Shown: positions 41,171 to 50,490 of the stretch, piece by piece | How positions within the stretch are numbered: position 1 is the first letter of the stretch | How the letters are laid out: every line of letters starts with the position of its first letter | NCBI GenBank assembly: GCA_038245785.1 | Contig: JBBRSB010000017.1 | Location: forward strand, 28,302 to 92,301 | Length of the DNA stretch: 64,000 nucleotides | Direction: 5' to 3' | From: Gloeobacterales cyanobacterium | GTDB taxonomy: Bacteria > Cyanobacteriota > Cyanobacteriia > Gloeobacterales > PMM-0068 | Notes under the pieces: generated by a model | What the model was told of the DNA's origin: nothing | Seen by the model: the letters and a program-made list of their open reading frames with translations, nothing else | The model's database searches: none | Translations under genes and position numbers: made by a program

Positions 41171-42532
41171 CTAGCCTATTAGGATCGGTTCTTCGGGCTG
41201 TCGATAGAGGGCAGCAGGCTTGCGGGTCAAGAGTGATTCTGCCAAAAGGAGAAAACCTACTCTTCCTACATACATCGTGAGAATAAGGATAAGCTGCCCG
41301 CCTGACGATATTTGGGCCGTGATCCCTGTGGAAAGACCAACGGTACAGAAGCCGGAAACCACTTCGAATAAAAGTTTAACGAAGGATATATGGGGGTCCG
41401 TGAGGGTTAGGCCCATGACGGCAAAGGCCATAGTAGCGGTGGAACCGAGGAGTACGGCGCTGGCTTTGCGAATAGTGGCAGCACTGAGTCTACGGTCCAG
41501 GAGCATCACATCTTCTTTACCTCCTACTACGGCGAACACATTACTCACCAGAATGGCAAAGGTTGTTGTTTTCAAACCACCGCCTGTGGAAGCGGGAGAG
41601 GCCCCAATCAGCATCAGGAGAATCAGCCAAAACCAGTCTGCCTCTTGCATTCCATCTAAGGGAACGGCATTAAACCCTGCCGTCCGAGCGCTAATCGAAT
41701 GAAAAATGGCATTACTCAACTGACGAGAAGTATCTAAGCCCCCTAGCGTTTTCGGATTGTTGAATTCAATCAGGAAAATGCCTATCGCTCCGACCACAAT
41801 CAGAATAGCGGAAGTAAGCGTGACAACCCTCGTGTGCAGAGAAAATTTTGTGGTTTTAAAATTTCTGCGCCATCTTAAGGTGCCTGGTTCATGCGTCCAT
41901 AGACTTTGATACAGCTCAATCCAGACCTGATAGCCCAGTCCGCCTGCGACGACAAGAAAGCCTAGAACAGCCAAGAGCCAGAAATTATTTTGAAAAGGAA
42001 TCAAATTATCCACTAGGAGGCCAAACCCGGCGTTATTGAAAGCGCTGACGCTATGAAATACAGAAAACCATAGCCCTACCGTCAATCCCATCTTGTCGAT
42101 CATCATCGGTGCCATTAAGAGGGCTCCGATTATTTCGAAGCCGAGGGTCAGCGCAGCAACTCGACCTAGTAAACGCACCACCTCAATTCCTCCAAGACCG
42201 CCCAAAGTTTCTTTGAGGGCCAAACGGTCTCGAAAACTAAGGCGTTTCCCAACCAATAAGAGGAGAAAAGTAGTAGCGGTCATGTATCCCAATCCGCCTA
42301 GTTGGATCAGCAGACAGATAACCGCTTGACCAAAGAAGGAATAATAGCTTCCCGTATCCACAACCACCAAGCCCGTTACACAGATGGCTGAAGTACTGGT
42401 AAATAGAGCAATCAGAAAAGTATTCCATTCTCCTGAAGCCGTCGCCCAAGGCAGCATCAAAAGCAGCGTTCCCGCCAGGATGAAGGCTACAAAGCCAAGA
42501 CAAATAGTACGGGCAGGAGAGAGGGTGAGCAC
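41171..42532 (-). CDS. ktrB: Ktr/Trk potassium uptake membrane subunit
   Basis: SAICVTGL, SAFNNAGF, RTAGF, STGGGLK, TVGLSTG. Confidence 0.92.
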   Translation of the reverse strand: MLTLSPARTICLGFVAFILAGTLLLMLPWATASGEWNTFLIALFTSTSAICVTGLVVVDTGSYYSFFGQAVICLLIQLGGLGYMTATTFLLLLVGKRLSFRDRLALKETLGGLGGIEVVRLLGRVAALTLGFEIIGALLMAPMMIDKMGLTVGLWFSVFHSVSAFNNAGFGLLVDNLIPFQNNFWLLAVLGFLVVAGGLGYQVWIELYQSLWTHEPGTLRWRRNFKTTKFSLHTRVVTLTSAILIVVGAIGIFLIEFNNPKTLGGLDTSRQLSNAIFHSISARTAGFNAVPLDGMQEADWFWLILLMLIGASPASTGGGLKTTTFAILVSNVFAVVGGKEDVMLLDRRLSAATIRKASAVLLGSTATMAFAVMGLTLTDPHISFVKLLFEVVSGFCTVGLSTGITAQISSGGQLILILTMYVGRVGFLLLAESLLTRKPAALYRQPEEPILIG

Positions 42533-42601
42533 CGAAGGGCCTTATCTCATTGGTTTTACCCAATTTAACTAGGACGAACTTTGAGCTGCCACTTTTTCCC
42601 C

Positions 42602-42955
42602 TTAATCCTCAACCTCCTCAGGTTCTCTATCAGAGCCGCCTTCCTCAGGCCAGATGATCTCTGAACCGAGGACCTCTCTCAAGAGGTCTTGGAAATCAGC
42701 TTCGTCGTTGAGAAGGTAGATATCCATGAGTTCCACTTGAGCAAAAACTCCTGGAGAACGGTCTTGGGCATAGACATTCGCCTCAAACTCCACCTCATCC
42801 CCAACCAGTTCTAATCGGACCTCAATTTTTCCGTGTTGTTCAATCGGGAAGCGCCCCACACAGCGGGTTGGTTCTTGGTCACACTGGGGAGTCCGGCGGG
42901 CCAGTATACGGGAGACAGACTGGAATAGTTCTTCAGAAGATGAGGACATGAGCAC
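42602..42955 (-). CDS. Hypothetical acidic protein
   Basis: Plausible ORF upstream of ktrB; no recognised motif. Confidence 0.55.
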   Translation of the reverse strand: MLMSSSSEELFQSVSRILARRTPQCDQEPTRCVGRFPIEQHGKIEVRLELVGDEVEFEANVYAQDRSPGVFAQVELMDIYLLNDEADFQDLLREVLGSEIIWPEEGGSDREPEEVED

Positions 42956-43006
42956 GTGATAGGTAATTCTTGGCCTATCTTAGAAGGTGTAGCGCACCTC
43001 TAGACC

Positions 43007-43207
43007 GTGGACGATTTTTTTAAGGCAGTTTCTAAATATCCCTTTTTTCTGGCAAGCGTCATCCTTGGCGTATTTTTTGATGCTTGGAACACTAGGGTCA
43101 AACCCCTCCTCGCTAACCCTCTGTCAGCAACCTTTGTCATCGTCGCTTTAGGGTTAGGAGGAGCTGGTTTGGTGTTTACCTTAAGGGCTATGCTGCGACT
43201 CGGTTGA
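43007..43207 (+). CDS. DUF751-family protein
   Basis: FFKAVSKYPFFLASVILGVF...TLRAMLRL pattern of this cyanobacterial family. Confidence 0.8.
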   Translation: MDDFFKAVSKYPFFLASVILGVFFDAWNTRVKPLLANPLSATFVIVALGLGGAGLVFTLRAMLRLG

Positions 43208-43211
43208 CGGG

Positions 43212-43409
43212 CTATGCAGCTCTTTTGTGGTCAGAAGAGTCTTGAGAGGCCTGCTGTCCATCGTTATGGCCCATGCTATAGGCCATGTCTACGAGTCCCA
43301 CAGTCATATTGGTGATTTTCAATGCCTCCAGAGCGTCTAAGGGCTCTGTAACATTGATCATGAATTTCTCTACTGCGCTACGCAACATTTCGGGAGAAGT
43401 GATTTTCAT
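43212..43409 (-). CDS. Small hypothetical protein
   Basis: 65 aa with AAGGA RBS. Confidence 0.55.
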   Translation of the reverse strand: MKITSPEMLRSAVEKFMINVTEPLDALEALKITNMTVGLVDMAYSMGHNDGQQASQDSSDHKRAA

Positions 43410-43555
43410 GGCATTCCTTTTGGTCTCAGTATATTTATTGTAGCTCGCAATATTAAGAAACGTTAAGCCTTAAACCCTCGCCATGGCGTGAAGGGTTCGT
43501 AAGGCAAGGGTTTGAGCTAAGATCTGGATGCGTAACATTTGGATATAAAAAACCT

Positions 43556-43711
43556 ATGAGCCCGTTAATATTTTTTGGTGCCATCATCGTCCTTATTGGC
43601 CTCCTGGCATCTACTGCCCTCTTTTTTATCGGCAAGAGTGGACAACCTCTATTCCCTAATTTGCAGAATCTACCCGACGCTCTCCCTTTTGGCAAAAAGA
43701 AAAGTTCTTAG
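43556..43711 (+). CDS. Small single-pass membrane protein, 51 aa (not in the ORF track)
   Basis: MSPLIFFGAIIVLIGLLASTALFFIGKSGQPLFPNLQNLPDALPFGKKKSS. Confidence 0.55.
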   Translation: MSPLIFFGAIIVLIGLLASTALFFIGKSGQPLFPNLQNLPDALPFGKKKSS

Positions 43712-43761
43712 GTTGAACGTGGAACTCTTTATAGTGTGATTTCTGCTCTGAACTTACGTTT

Positions 43762-44886
43762 GTGAGATATCGTTTTGTGAATGCTTCTGCCTCGCATCCT
43801 CTGAATTCTGTCATTGCACCGGCCCAAGTTCTTAGAGGATGGAAGATTCTAGAACAGCTAGAACATCATCTCTCTGCTTTAGGAGAGCGGCCTTTAGTCA
43901 TTGGCGGCAAGATAGGCGTTGACCTTTTCAAAGAGCAGGTTCCTCATCTTGCGCACCTGGCTTACGCTTCCTACGGCATAGATTGCACGTATCAAACTAT
44001 TGATGCTCTGGCCCAAGCGGGGCATGAACACCATGCTGGGGTAATCCTAGGTGTAGGTGGAGGTAAGGCCTTAGATGCCGCTAAATTGGTCGCCTATCGT
44101 CTGGGCGTTCCCGTTGTGACCATTCCCACCAGTGCTGCTACCTGTGCGGCTTGGGCACCCTTGTCGAATCTTTATTCGGAGCAAGGGACCTGGCTAGAAG
44201 GGGTGGAAATCCCAAGGGCTCCTGAACTTTTGCTCTTGGACTATGCTCTGATTCAAAAGGCTCCTGTGCGTACGCTCGTGGCGGGTATCGGGGATGCTCT
44301 GGCCAAATGGTACGAATCTTCCGTCAGTAGTGGCGTGAGTGCTACAGGGGGAGGACAGAGTGATGTGCTGGTGATTGCAGCAGTCCAGCAAGCCAGAATT
44401 CTCCGGGATATTTTGTTCTTGAAAGGGGAAGAAGCGGTCCGAGATCCTCAAAGTAAGTCTTGGGAACAGGTGGTGGATGCCAATGTGCTCTTGGCTGGTT
44501 TGGTTGGAGGATTAGGAGGCGAGCGGTGCCGGACCGTCGCTGCCCATGCGGTGCATAATGCCTTGACCACGCTTCCTACGACTCGCGCTAGTCTGCATGG
44601 AGAGAAGGTCGCCCTTGGAATCTTGGTGCAGCTGCGCTTGGAAGAAACTTTATCAGGTAACCGTCTCGCGGAGATTGCCCGTCAGCAGTTGATTCAGTTT
44701 TACCGGGCCGTTGGTTTACCCTTGACTTTGACCGATTTAAACCTAGGCCCCCTTACGCCAGAGATGCTCTTAGCGGTGGCTCGCCATGCCTGTGCACCTG
44801 GGTCAGATCTTCACTATCTTCCCTTTAGTGTTCCTCCAGAATCACTGGTCCAGGCGCTGGTTGCTGAAGAGCTGGCTTTGTTATAG
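43762..44886 (+). CDS. Glycerol-dehydrogenase-like iron-containing alcohol dehydrogenase
   Basis: GVGGGKALD, PTSAATCA, GIGDALAKWYE, AHAVHNAL, HGEKVA. Confidence 0.88.
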   Translation: MRYRFVNASASHPLNSVIAPAQVLRGWKILEQLEHHLSALGERPLVIGGKIGVDLFKEQVPHLAHLAYASYGIDCTYQTIDALAQAGHEHHAGVILGVGGGKALDAAKLVAYRLGVPVVTIPTSAATCAAWAPLSNLYSEQGTWLEGVEIPRAPELLLLDYALIQKAPVRTLVAGIGDALAKWYESSVSSGVSATGGGQSDVLVIAAVQQARILRDILFLKGEEAVRDPQSKSWEQVVDANVLLAGLVGGLGGERCRTVAAHAVHNALTTLPTTRASLHGEKVALGILVQLRLEETLSGNRLAEIARQQLIQFYRAVGLPLTLTDLNLGPLTPEMLLAVARHACAPGSDLHYLPFSVPPESLVQALVAEELALL

Positions 44887-45576
44887 TCATAGCGGCACGG
44901 TGGGGAATAGGGGTGCCAGAAGCACTTGCACCTGGTTATCCCAGCCAAGCAGAATCGCTATTGCTGAAGCTGCGATTAGGATGCCAGAAGTCCGTTGAAT
45001 CGTCTCCGTATGGGGATAGAGCCAGCGAAGTTTTTGGGCTGCATTTTTGCTGCCGTAGGCGATGGCAAGCATCGGGACGCCCGCCCCTAGAGAATAAGCA
45101 AGCAGGGCCAGAAACCCAGGCAAAACAGCTTGTTTAACGGCTATCAAAGTGATGATCGAACCTAGAATCGGCCCAGCACAGGGCACCCAGACTAAACCTA
45201 GTTGGGTGCCCACCCAGAATTCTCCCCATAGCCCTTGCCGCTTCGGTTCTGGAGCATGGATATTCAGGAATGACAAGCGAGCAAAAGCCCAGTAGCCCAA
45301 CTTAGGAAAAGCTGAGCTAAGGCCCAAGAGAAAGAGGAGGACGATAGACCCTTGGCGCAAAGCAGACGTCAAGGGACCGAGAAACTGAGCTGATAATCCG
45401 AGGAGGCTACCCGTCAGGGCAAAAGAAAGGGCTAATCCAAGAACAAGGGCCAGTGGACCATGACGATGACTTTGCAGAGCCCTACCGACCAGAATCGGCA
45501 GAATCGGTAGGATACAGGGTGACAGGATTGTGACCAGACCTGCCAAAAGAGCAAGACCGAACAAGGAGAGACTCAT
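44887..45576 (-). CDS. CcdA/DsbD-type transmembrane electron transporter (DipZ N-domain-like)
   Basis: SPCILPILP and WVPCAGPIL cysteine motifs. Confidence 0.9.
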   Translation of the reverse strand: MSLSLFGLALLAGLVTILSPCILPILPILVGRALQSHRHGPLALVLGLALSFALTGSLLGLSAQFLGPLTSALRQGSIVLLFLLGLSSAFPKLGYWAFARLSFLNIHAPEPKRQGLWGEFWVGTQLGLVWVPCAGPILGSIITLIAVKQAVLPGFLALLAYSLGAGVPMLAIAYGSKNAAQKLRWLYPHTETIQRTSGILIAASAIAILLGWDNQVQVLLAPLFPTVPL

Positions 45577-45577
45577 T

Positions 45578-46108
45578 TTAAGCTTCAGCTAAGAGTTTTT
45601 GGACCATCCGGTCTGTCTCTTTATAACCGCCTTCGCCAATGTGGTCATAGCGCAGACGACCTGTTTTATCAGCAATGAATAAATGAGGCCAATACTCATT
45701 TTGATAGGCCCGCCAGGTTTGAAATCCGTTGTCAACAGGCACCGCATAGGTTATGCCATGCTTCTTGATTGCCTCTTTGATGTTGTTGATATCCCGTTCG
45801 TAGGGAAACTCAGGCGTATGAACGCCAACGATCACCAGGCCCTGGTCTGCATACTTTTGATTCAGACTAACGATGCTCGGTAGGGTCCGCTGACAATTAA
45901 TGCAGCCCAACGTCCAGAATTGAACCGCCACCACCCTGCCTTTTAGTTTTTGGGTCGTGAGCGGTTGCCCGTTCAGCCAGGCTTCAATGCCTTGAAACTC
46001 TGGCAGGCTATCTCCATTACTAATTGCCTGCGCGGATGACGTAGCCCACGAGGTAGCCAGTCCCACTCCCAATAGACCAAGGGTTTGACGACGGGAAAAT
46101 AAGTTCAC
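45578..46108 (-). CDS. Tat-exported TlpA-like thioredoxin (DipZ C-domain-like)
   Basis: SRRQTL twin-Arg, FWTLGCINC, GVHTPEF, NEYWP, GEGGY; GTG start with GGAG RBS. Confidence 0.9.
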   Translation of the reverse strand: MNLFSRRQTLGLLGVGLATSWATSSAQAISNGDSLPEFQGIEAWLNGQPLTTQKLKGRVVAVQFWTLGCINCQRTLPSIVSLNQKYADQGLVIVGVHTPEFPYERDINNIKEAIKKHGITYAVPVDNGFQTWRAYQNEYWPHLFIADKTGRLRYDHIGEGGYKETDRMVQKLLAEA

Positions 46109-46277
46109 AGAAATCTCCGTAGGTCTCGTGTTTATAATACGCAGCACGAAGAAGGACAGATTTCTATAACCCTAAAGTGCTTGCGCAGGAAGGTCGCCTT
46201 CCCACGAAAAAGCCTGACACGGGCTAGCTAAGACACAGTATCAGGCTTCACAAAGTAGAAAGAGTGCCCAGTTAGCT

Positions 46278-46721
46278 CTACGGCTTAGTAGGAGTGGTAG
46301 GGGAAGGGGCAGTGGGGTCAGTTGCGCCACCACTTGGGGCAGTAGGCGAAGTCGTGGCGCCACCGCTAGGTGAAGTGGAGCTACCAGGTGCTGACATTGA
46401 ATCGCCAGCGCTGCCAGAACTGCTACCAGCACTACCAGGTGCTGTTGGGGAGCTGGAGCCACTAGGTGAGTTAGAGGGAGCGCTCTTCATCATAGAAGAG
46501 TCCTCACCTGCGGGCGTCTTCATAGAATCACCACTTGCGGGCGCCTTCATAGAATCGCTAGCAGGAGCTTTCTTCTTCATTGCATCACCGCTTTTCTTCT
46601 TCTTCTCAGCAGGCTTTGCCGTGGGGCTTGCTTGAGTCAGTGGTTCGGGCTTAGCGAAAGCTCCAGCCACGGGTACTAGCATCGCAGCAGCCAATGCAAC
46701 TGCCAAAAGAGATTTAGACAT
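46278..46721 (-). CDS. Secreted low-complexity Met-containing (DAMK/DSMK) protein, paralog 1
   Basis: MSKSLLAVALAA...AFA signal peptide, GAGG RBS, DAMKK/DSMK repeats, Ser/Pro/Gly tail. Confidence 0.8.
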   Translation of the reverse strand: MSKSLLAVALAAAMLVPVAGAFAKPEPLTQASPTAKPAEKKKKSGDAMKKKAPASDSMKAPASGDSMKTPAGEDSSMMKSAPSNSPSGSSSPTAPGSAGSSSGSAGDSMSAPGSSTSPSGGATTSPTAPSGGATDPTAPSPTTPTKP

Positions 46722-46993
46722 GAGATGGTTCCTCAATGCGTCTGATATATCAACTACGTACTTGACCCACATAATCAGGGGATGGTTCCTCAACTTAGTT
46801 CCGAGAATAGAAGAGCAGCCCCTGAAACCCTCTCCCATAGATAATTTCAGGGAAAAATTAAATACAGAACTGGAATTAAATTGAGATGACTTTGGTATCA
46901 GCTGCGCACAAAAAAGCCTGATGTGCCGATTTTAGAACTTCTAAAGTGTCTATTGGTCGCATCAGGCTTTTTAGAACACAAGACGTGTTCTGT

Positions 46994-47482
46994 CTACTTC
47001 TTTGTGTTGTCAGCAGGGGCTGCATCTTTATTCATAGGAGCGGCAGGAGCTGCATCTTTGTTCATGCTGTCAGCAGGAGCCTCACCTTTCTTTGGAGCCT
47101 CCGTGGGAGATGCGCTATCTTTTTTCATAGCATCAGCAGGGGCTGCATCTTTATTCATGCTGTCAGCAGGAGCCTCACCTTTCTTTGGAGCCTCCGTGGG
47201 AGATGCGCTATCTTTTTTCATAGCATCAGCGGGAGCCGCACCTTTCTTCATGGCATCGTCTTTATTAGAAGTGCCATATTCGTTCGATTCATCTTTCTTC
47301 ATAGCGTCTTTTTTCATGGCGCTTTTCTTCATCGCATTTTTCTTCATCGCATTTTTCTTCTTCATAGAAGGCTTAGTAGTAGTTGCAGGCTTGCTTTCAG
47401 CCACAACATCGGGCTTAGCAAAAGCGGCCATAGGCATTAAGGTCAAAGCAGCTAGAGCCAGGGCAACAAAAGATTTAGACAT
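46994..47482 (-). CDS. Secreted pentapeptide MXKDX-repeat (Met-rich) protein, paralog 2
   Basis: MSKSFVALALAA...AFA signal peptide, AAGGAG RBS, NAMKK/SAMKK/DAMKK/DSMNK repeats. Confidence 0.85.
   Translation of the reverse strand: MSKSFVALALAALTLMPMAAFAKPDVVAESKPATTTKPSMKKKNAMKKNAMKKSAMKKDAMKKDESNEYGTSNKDDAMKKGAAPADAMKKDSASPTEAPKKGEAPADSMNKDAAPADAMKKDSASPTEAPKKGEAPADSMNKDAAPAAPMNKDAAPADNTKK
47049..47230. repeat. In-frame 93-bp tandem duplication
   Basis: Near-identical units starting 47049 and 47142 (ADAMKKDSASPTEAPKKGEAPADSMNKDAAP). Confidence 0.9.
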
Positions 47483-47529
47483 TAGAAACTCCTTAACTGA
47501 GAATAGATACAGACATGCGTTTAACATAA

Positions 47530-47555
47530 TACGGGTTCGATAAGGTCTTGGATGG
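47530..47555 (-). promoter_or_regulatory. SigK-like ECF sigma promoter candidate
   Basis: CCATCC-N15-CCGTA ending 48 nt upstream of the start codon. Confidence 0.5.
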
Positions 47556-47632
47556 GGCTAAAGCGCAAAGTTTGCCCAATAGAGGTAAAACTTCGGTGAA
47601 AATCACCTGTTCACTTCTAAGCGTTCAGCAAT

Positions 47633-48079
47633 TTATTCGCAGTCTGAATTTTGAGCATCGGTGGTACACAGAAATTTTCCTTGTTCATCTACGACGACGA
47701 GGCCAAACGGTACGTTGATATTGTTATGCAACGTCTTGACGAAGAATCTGCGGTTGGAACTGAATTCGTCTTCCCAGCGCTTGCTATAGATATTGAGACG
47801 AATCAGGGGTTCTCCCGTTCTTTTCTCCCAGTTGCGGACCAAAGCAGGACTGCTATCTAGTCGTTTGACCCAGTAGTCGATGTTCTTGTATTCTTGATAG
47901 CTGAGTTCCTGAAGGCGGTAGGGACGCCTATATCCAGGTACAGGGACGGGCACAGGCACAAAAATGACTTGGGCCGCGAGGACATCGGGAAGTAAAAATC
48001 CAAGGCTTAAGCTCAAGGCAATTGCCTGGATAATTTTATTAAATCTGTTGTTAGGTTGAAAAAGAGTAAGGGCAAACAT
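47633..48079 (-). CDS. Hypothetical secreted protein
   Basis: Signal-like N-terminus, VPVPVP linker. Confidence 0.65.
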   Translation of the reverse strand: MFALTLFQPNNRFNKIIQAIALSLSLGFLLPDVLAAQVIFVPVPVPVPGYRRPYRLQELSYQEYKNIDYWVKRLDSSPALVRNWEKRTGEPLIRLNIYSKRWEDEFSSNRRFFVKTLHNNINVPFGLVVVDEQGKFLCTTDAQNSDCE

Positions 48080-48095
48080 GGCGTTATAGGAACCT

Positions 48096-48635
48096 GTGTC
48101 CCTATATTCGCTTAGAAGAGGAGATCCAATCTCCCGGATGAGGAAAATGCGGATGGAACCATCATTAAGCTACCGAAGAGGGATGGCTTTCTTTGAACGA
48201 GGCGACTACCGAGAATCAGTACTCTGGTTCCAACAAGCGCTTAAAGAAACTCCAGAAGACAAAGAACTATCCCTTTGGTTGGTTCAAGCGCTGGATGCCT
48301 ATGGAGCTCATGATGAAGCCCTAAATCTCTGCCGTCCCTTTACTAAATCCCCTGACCCCAAAATCAGCAAGCAAGCCCGCAGTTTACTGGTGGTGATGGA
48401 AGCTGTGCCGCTGAGTCGTCCCAGTAGACCACTACCCGACCCCAAGGAGTACGATTTCAATTTGAGTAATGCTCAAACGGGAGCATCGGGAACGAGTGCG
48501 ACCGTGTCCTCTAAAACGAAGATTTCCACAGAAACAGAGGAGGCTGGTCCCACTTCGCTGCCTAAGGGCTATCTATGGATTGTGGCGGCATTGGTGATCA
48601 GTGCTGCCTTAGCTTGGTTAATCTGGTTCCGTTAG
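48096..48635 (+). CDS. TPR-containing protein with C-terminal membrane anchor
   Basis: YRRGMAFFERGDYRES TPR-like helix; hydrophobic C-terminus. Confidence 0.75.
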   Translation: MSLYSLRRGDPISRMRKMRMEPSLSYRRGMAFFERGDYRESVLWFQQALKETPEDKELSLWLVQALDAYGAHDEALNLCRPFTKSPDPKISKQARSLLVVMEAVPLSRPSRPLPDPKEYDFNLSNAQTGASGTSATVSSKTKISTETEEAGPTSLPKGYLWIVAALVISAALAWLIWFR

Positions 48636-50035
48636 GTGAGTGATAAAGCCCAATCCTTCGCCCACGCTAGGGTTCGAGCCACTTGTTCCGGATTGGGGCC
48701 TTCGCAATAGAGCCTGAGCAGAGGCTCTGTTCCACTAAAGCGAATCAGGAGCCAATGTCCGGTTGACAAGCGGAACCGATGGCCGTCGGTCGTCAAGTGT
48801 TCGGTTACGGTCATGCCGTCCACTTCCGTGAAGGGCTGTTTTTCCAGATAGCTGACCAGTTTGTTCTTGAGGTCACTGTTCGGAAGTTTCAGGTCAATAC
48901 GGTCATAGACGCTGTGGTAATTCAATTCTTCTTGCAGTTCCTGGTAGAGCTGGGTGAGATCTTTGCCCGTTAAGGCCACCATCTCCAAAAGGTACAGGAC
49001 ACAGAGCAGTCCATCCCGCTCAGGCATATGGTCGATGAATCCTACACCACCCGATTCTTCTCCTCCGACTAAGACAGGCTCCCGGAGCATGATTTCGGCA
49101 ATGTACTTAAAGCCAATGGCGGTCTCATAGCACTTGAGCCCCCGCGCCTTTGCGACTTGAGCCATGAGGTCTGAACCGCTAATGGTCTTAACCACAGCGC
49201 CCGTTAACCCTTTACGACGCACTAAATGGTCGATGTACAGCGGAATCAAGACCTGACAGCTCAAATAATTACCATGACGGTCCCCAGCGGCGACGCGGTC
49301 AGCATCTCCGTCCAAAACCGCACCGACGACCGTTCCCGGTCCTCTATATTCTTGCAGCGCATTAAAGAAAGGAGCCAGGTTTTTGGCAATCGGTTCTGGG
49401 CTGACTCCGCCAAAGAGGGGGTCACGCTCACTTCTTATTTCGATTAAAGAGCGCTTGAGTAAACGATTGAGGCCACCACTGCCCACGCCATGCATCACGT
49501 CCATGAGAATGGCGATATCGGCTTTTTCAATCGCTTCTAAATCTACTTTTGTACTGATTTGTTCAAGGTAGGCAGGCCAGGGATCGAAATAGGTTAAAGT
49601 CCCTCCGGGCTTCTCGCTCAGGGGGCCACCTTCCACATAGCGCTCTTCAATCCCTGCGGTAAAATCCGAATCAACCGAACCGCCAAAAGCCCCTTTAATC
49701 TTCAGTCCAGAGTAGGTGGGTGGATTATGACTGGCAGTGATGACAATAGCCCCCAGCATCTTTTTAGCAACTACGGTCCAGCTATAGGCAGGCGTTGGCG
49801 CTGGTCCCTCGCTCAAAAGAACGTGAAACCCAGCTTTTTGAATTGCTTTGGCAGCAGCAAGCGCGAATTCTTCACTAAGAAAACGACGGTCATAGCCAAC
49901 GACAATCCCCTCACCCTGGAAGGTTTCGGCCAATCTATAAGCGGCTAACTGGGCCACCTGTTCTACCCGTTCGAAGGTAAAGCCATCAGCAATAATGCTG
50001 CGCCAGCCATCCGTCCCAAATTGGATTCCACCCAT
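48632..50035 (-). CDS. Phosphoglucomutase/phosphomannomutase
   Basis: FGTDGWR, TASHNP, DGDADR, GGEESGG, RFSGTEP. Confidence 0.95.
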   Translation of the reverse strand: MGGIQFGTDGWRSIIADGFTFERVEQVAQLAAYRLAETFQGEGIVVGYDRRFLSEEFALAAAKAIQKAGFHVLLSEGPAPTPAYSWTVVAKKMLGAIVITASHNPPTYSGLKIKGAFGGSVDSDFTAGIEERYVEGGPLSEKPGGTLTYFDPWPAYLEQISTKVDLEAIEKADIAILMDVMHGVGSGGLNRLLKRSLIEIRSERDPLFGGVSPEPIAKNLAPFFNALQEYRGPGTVVGAVLDGDADRVAAGDRHGNYLSCQVLIPLYIDHLVRRKGLTGAVVKTISGSDLMAQVAKARGLKCYETAIGFKYIAEIMLREPVLVGGEESGGVGFIDHMPERDGLLCVLYLLEMVALTGKDLTQLYQELQEELNYHSVYDRIDLKLPNSDLKNKLVSYLEKQPFTEVDGMTVTEHLTTDGHRFRLSTGHWLLIRFSGTEPLLRLYCEGPNPEQVARTLAWAKDWALSLT

Positions 50036-50174
50036 GAGGTCTACCTATACTTCTGTATTTTGGGCTGATCATATAGCTTTCCCCGCACTCAGAAAACTGA
50101 AAAGATTCCTAAGCCGAGGGCCGGATCAATTGATGCTAGCATCGGGTCCAGAAATAACGCAGGACAGCAGAGCT

Positions 50175-50444
50175 ATGCCTAAATATGTTTTATTTGGTTC
50201 TTATTGTGAGGATGTTTTAGAAAAACGAGCGCCTTATCGCCAAGCTCATTTAGACCGTTTGCAACAGCTCAAAGAAGAAGGCATAGTAGTTACTTTGGGT
50301 CCGACGAAAGACCTGACTAAAGTCTTTGGAGTTTATGATGCCCCTGATGAAGTCACAGCCCAAAAACTTATAGAAGAAGACCCCTACTGGCAAGCGGGTG
50401 TGTGGACAGAATATACAATTAAAGAATGGGTCCAGGCATTTTAA
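50175..50444 (+). CDS. YciI-family protein
   Basis: RAPYRQAHL, LGP, EEDPYW. Confidence 0.88.
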   Translation: MPKYVLFGSYCEDVLEKRAPYRQAHLDRLQQLKEEGIVVTLGPTKDLTKVFGVYDAPDEVTAQKLIEEDPYWQAGVWTEYTIKEWVQAF

Positions 50445-50490
50445 ATTTCAAACTCTGCTGTAGTTGAACATTACGACATAGGAGAACGAT

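Noticed and set aside
47049..47365. Repeats as a possible CRISPR array
   Set aside because: In-frame coding repeats with no unique spacers and no cas genes
46294..47543. Long + strand ORFs rich in F/I/A (46294-46635, 46923-47543, 46946-47440)
   Set aside because: Antisense shadows of the repetitive Met/Lys-rich genes, which have RBS and signal peptides
49995..50174. Long N-terminus of the YciI ORF
   Set aside because: Overlaps the divergent PGM start; family similarity begins at ATG 50175
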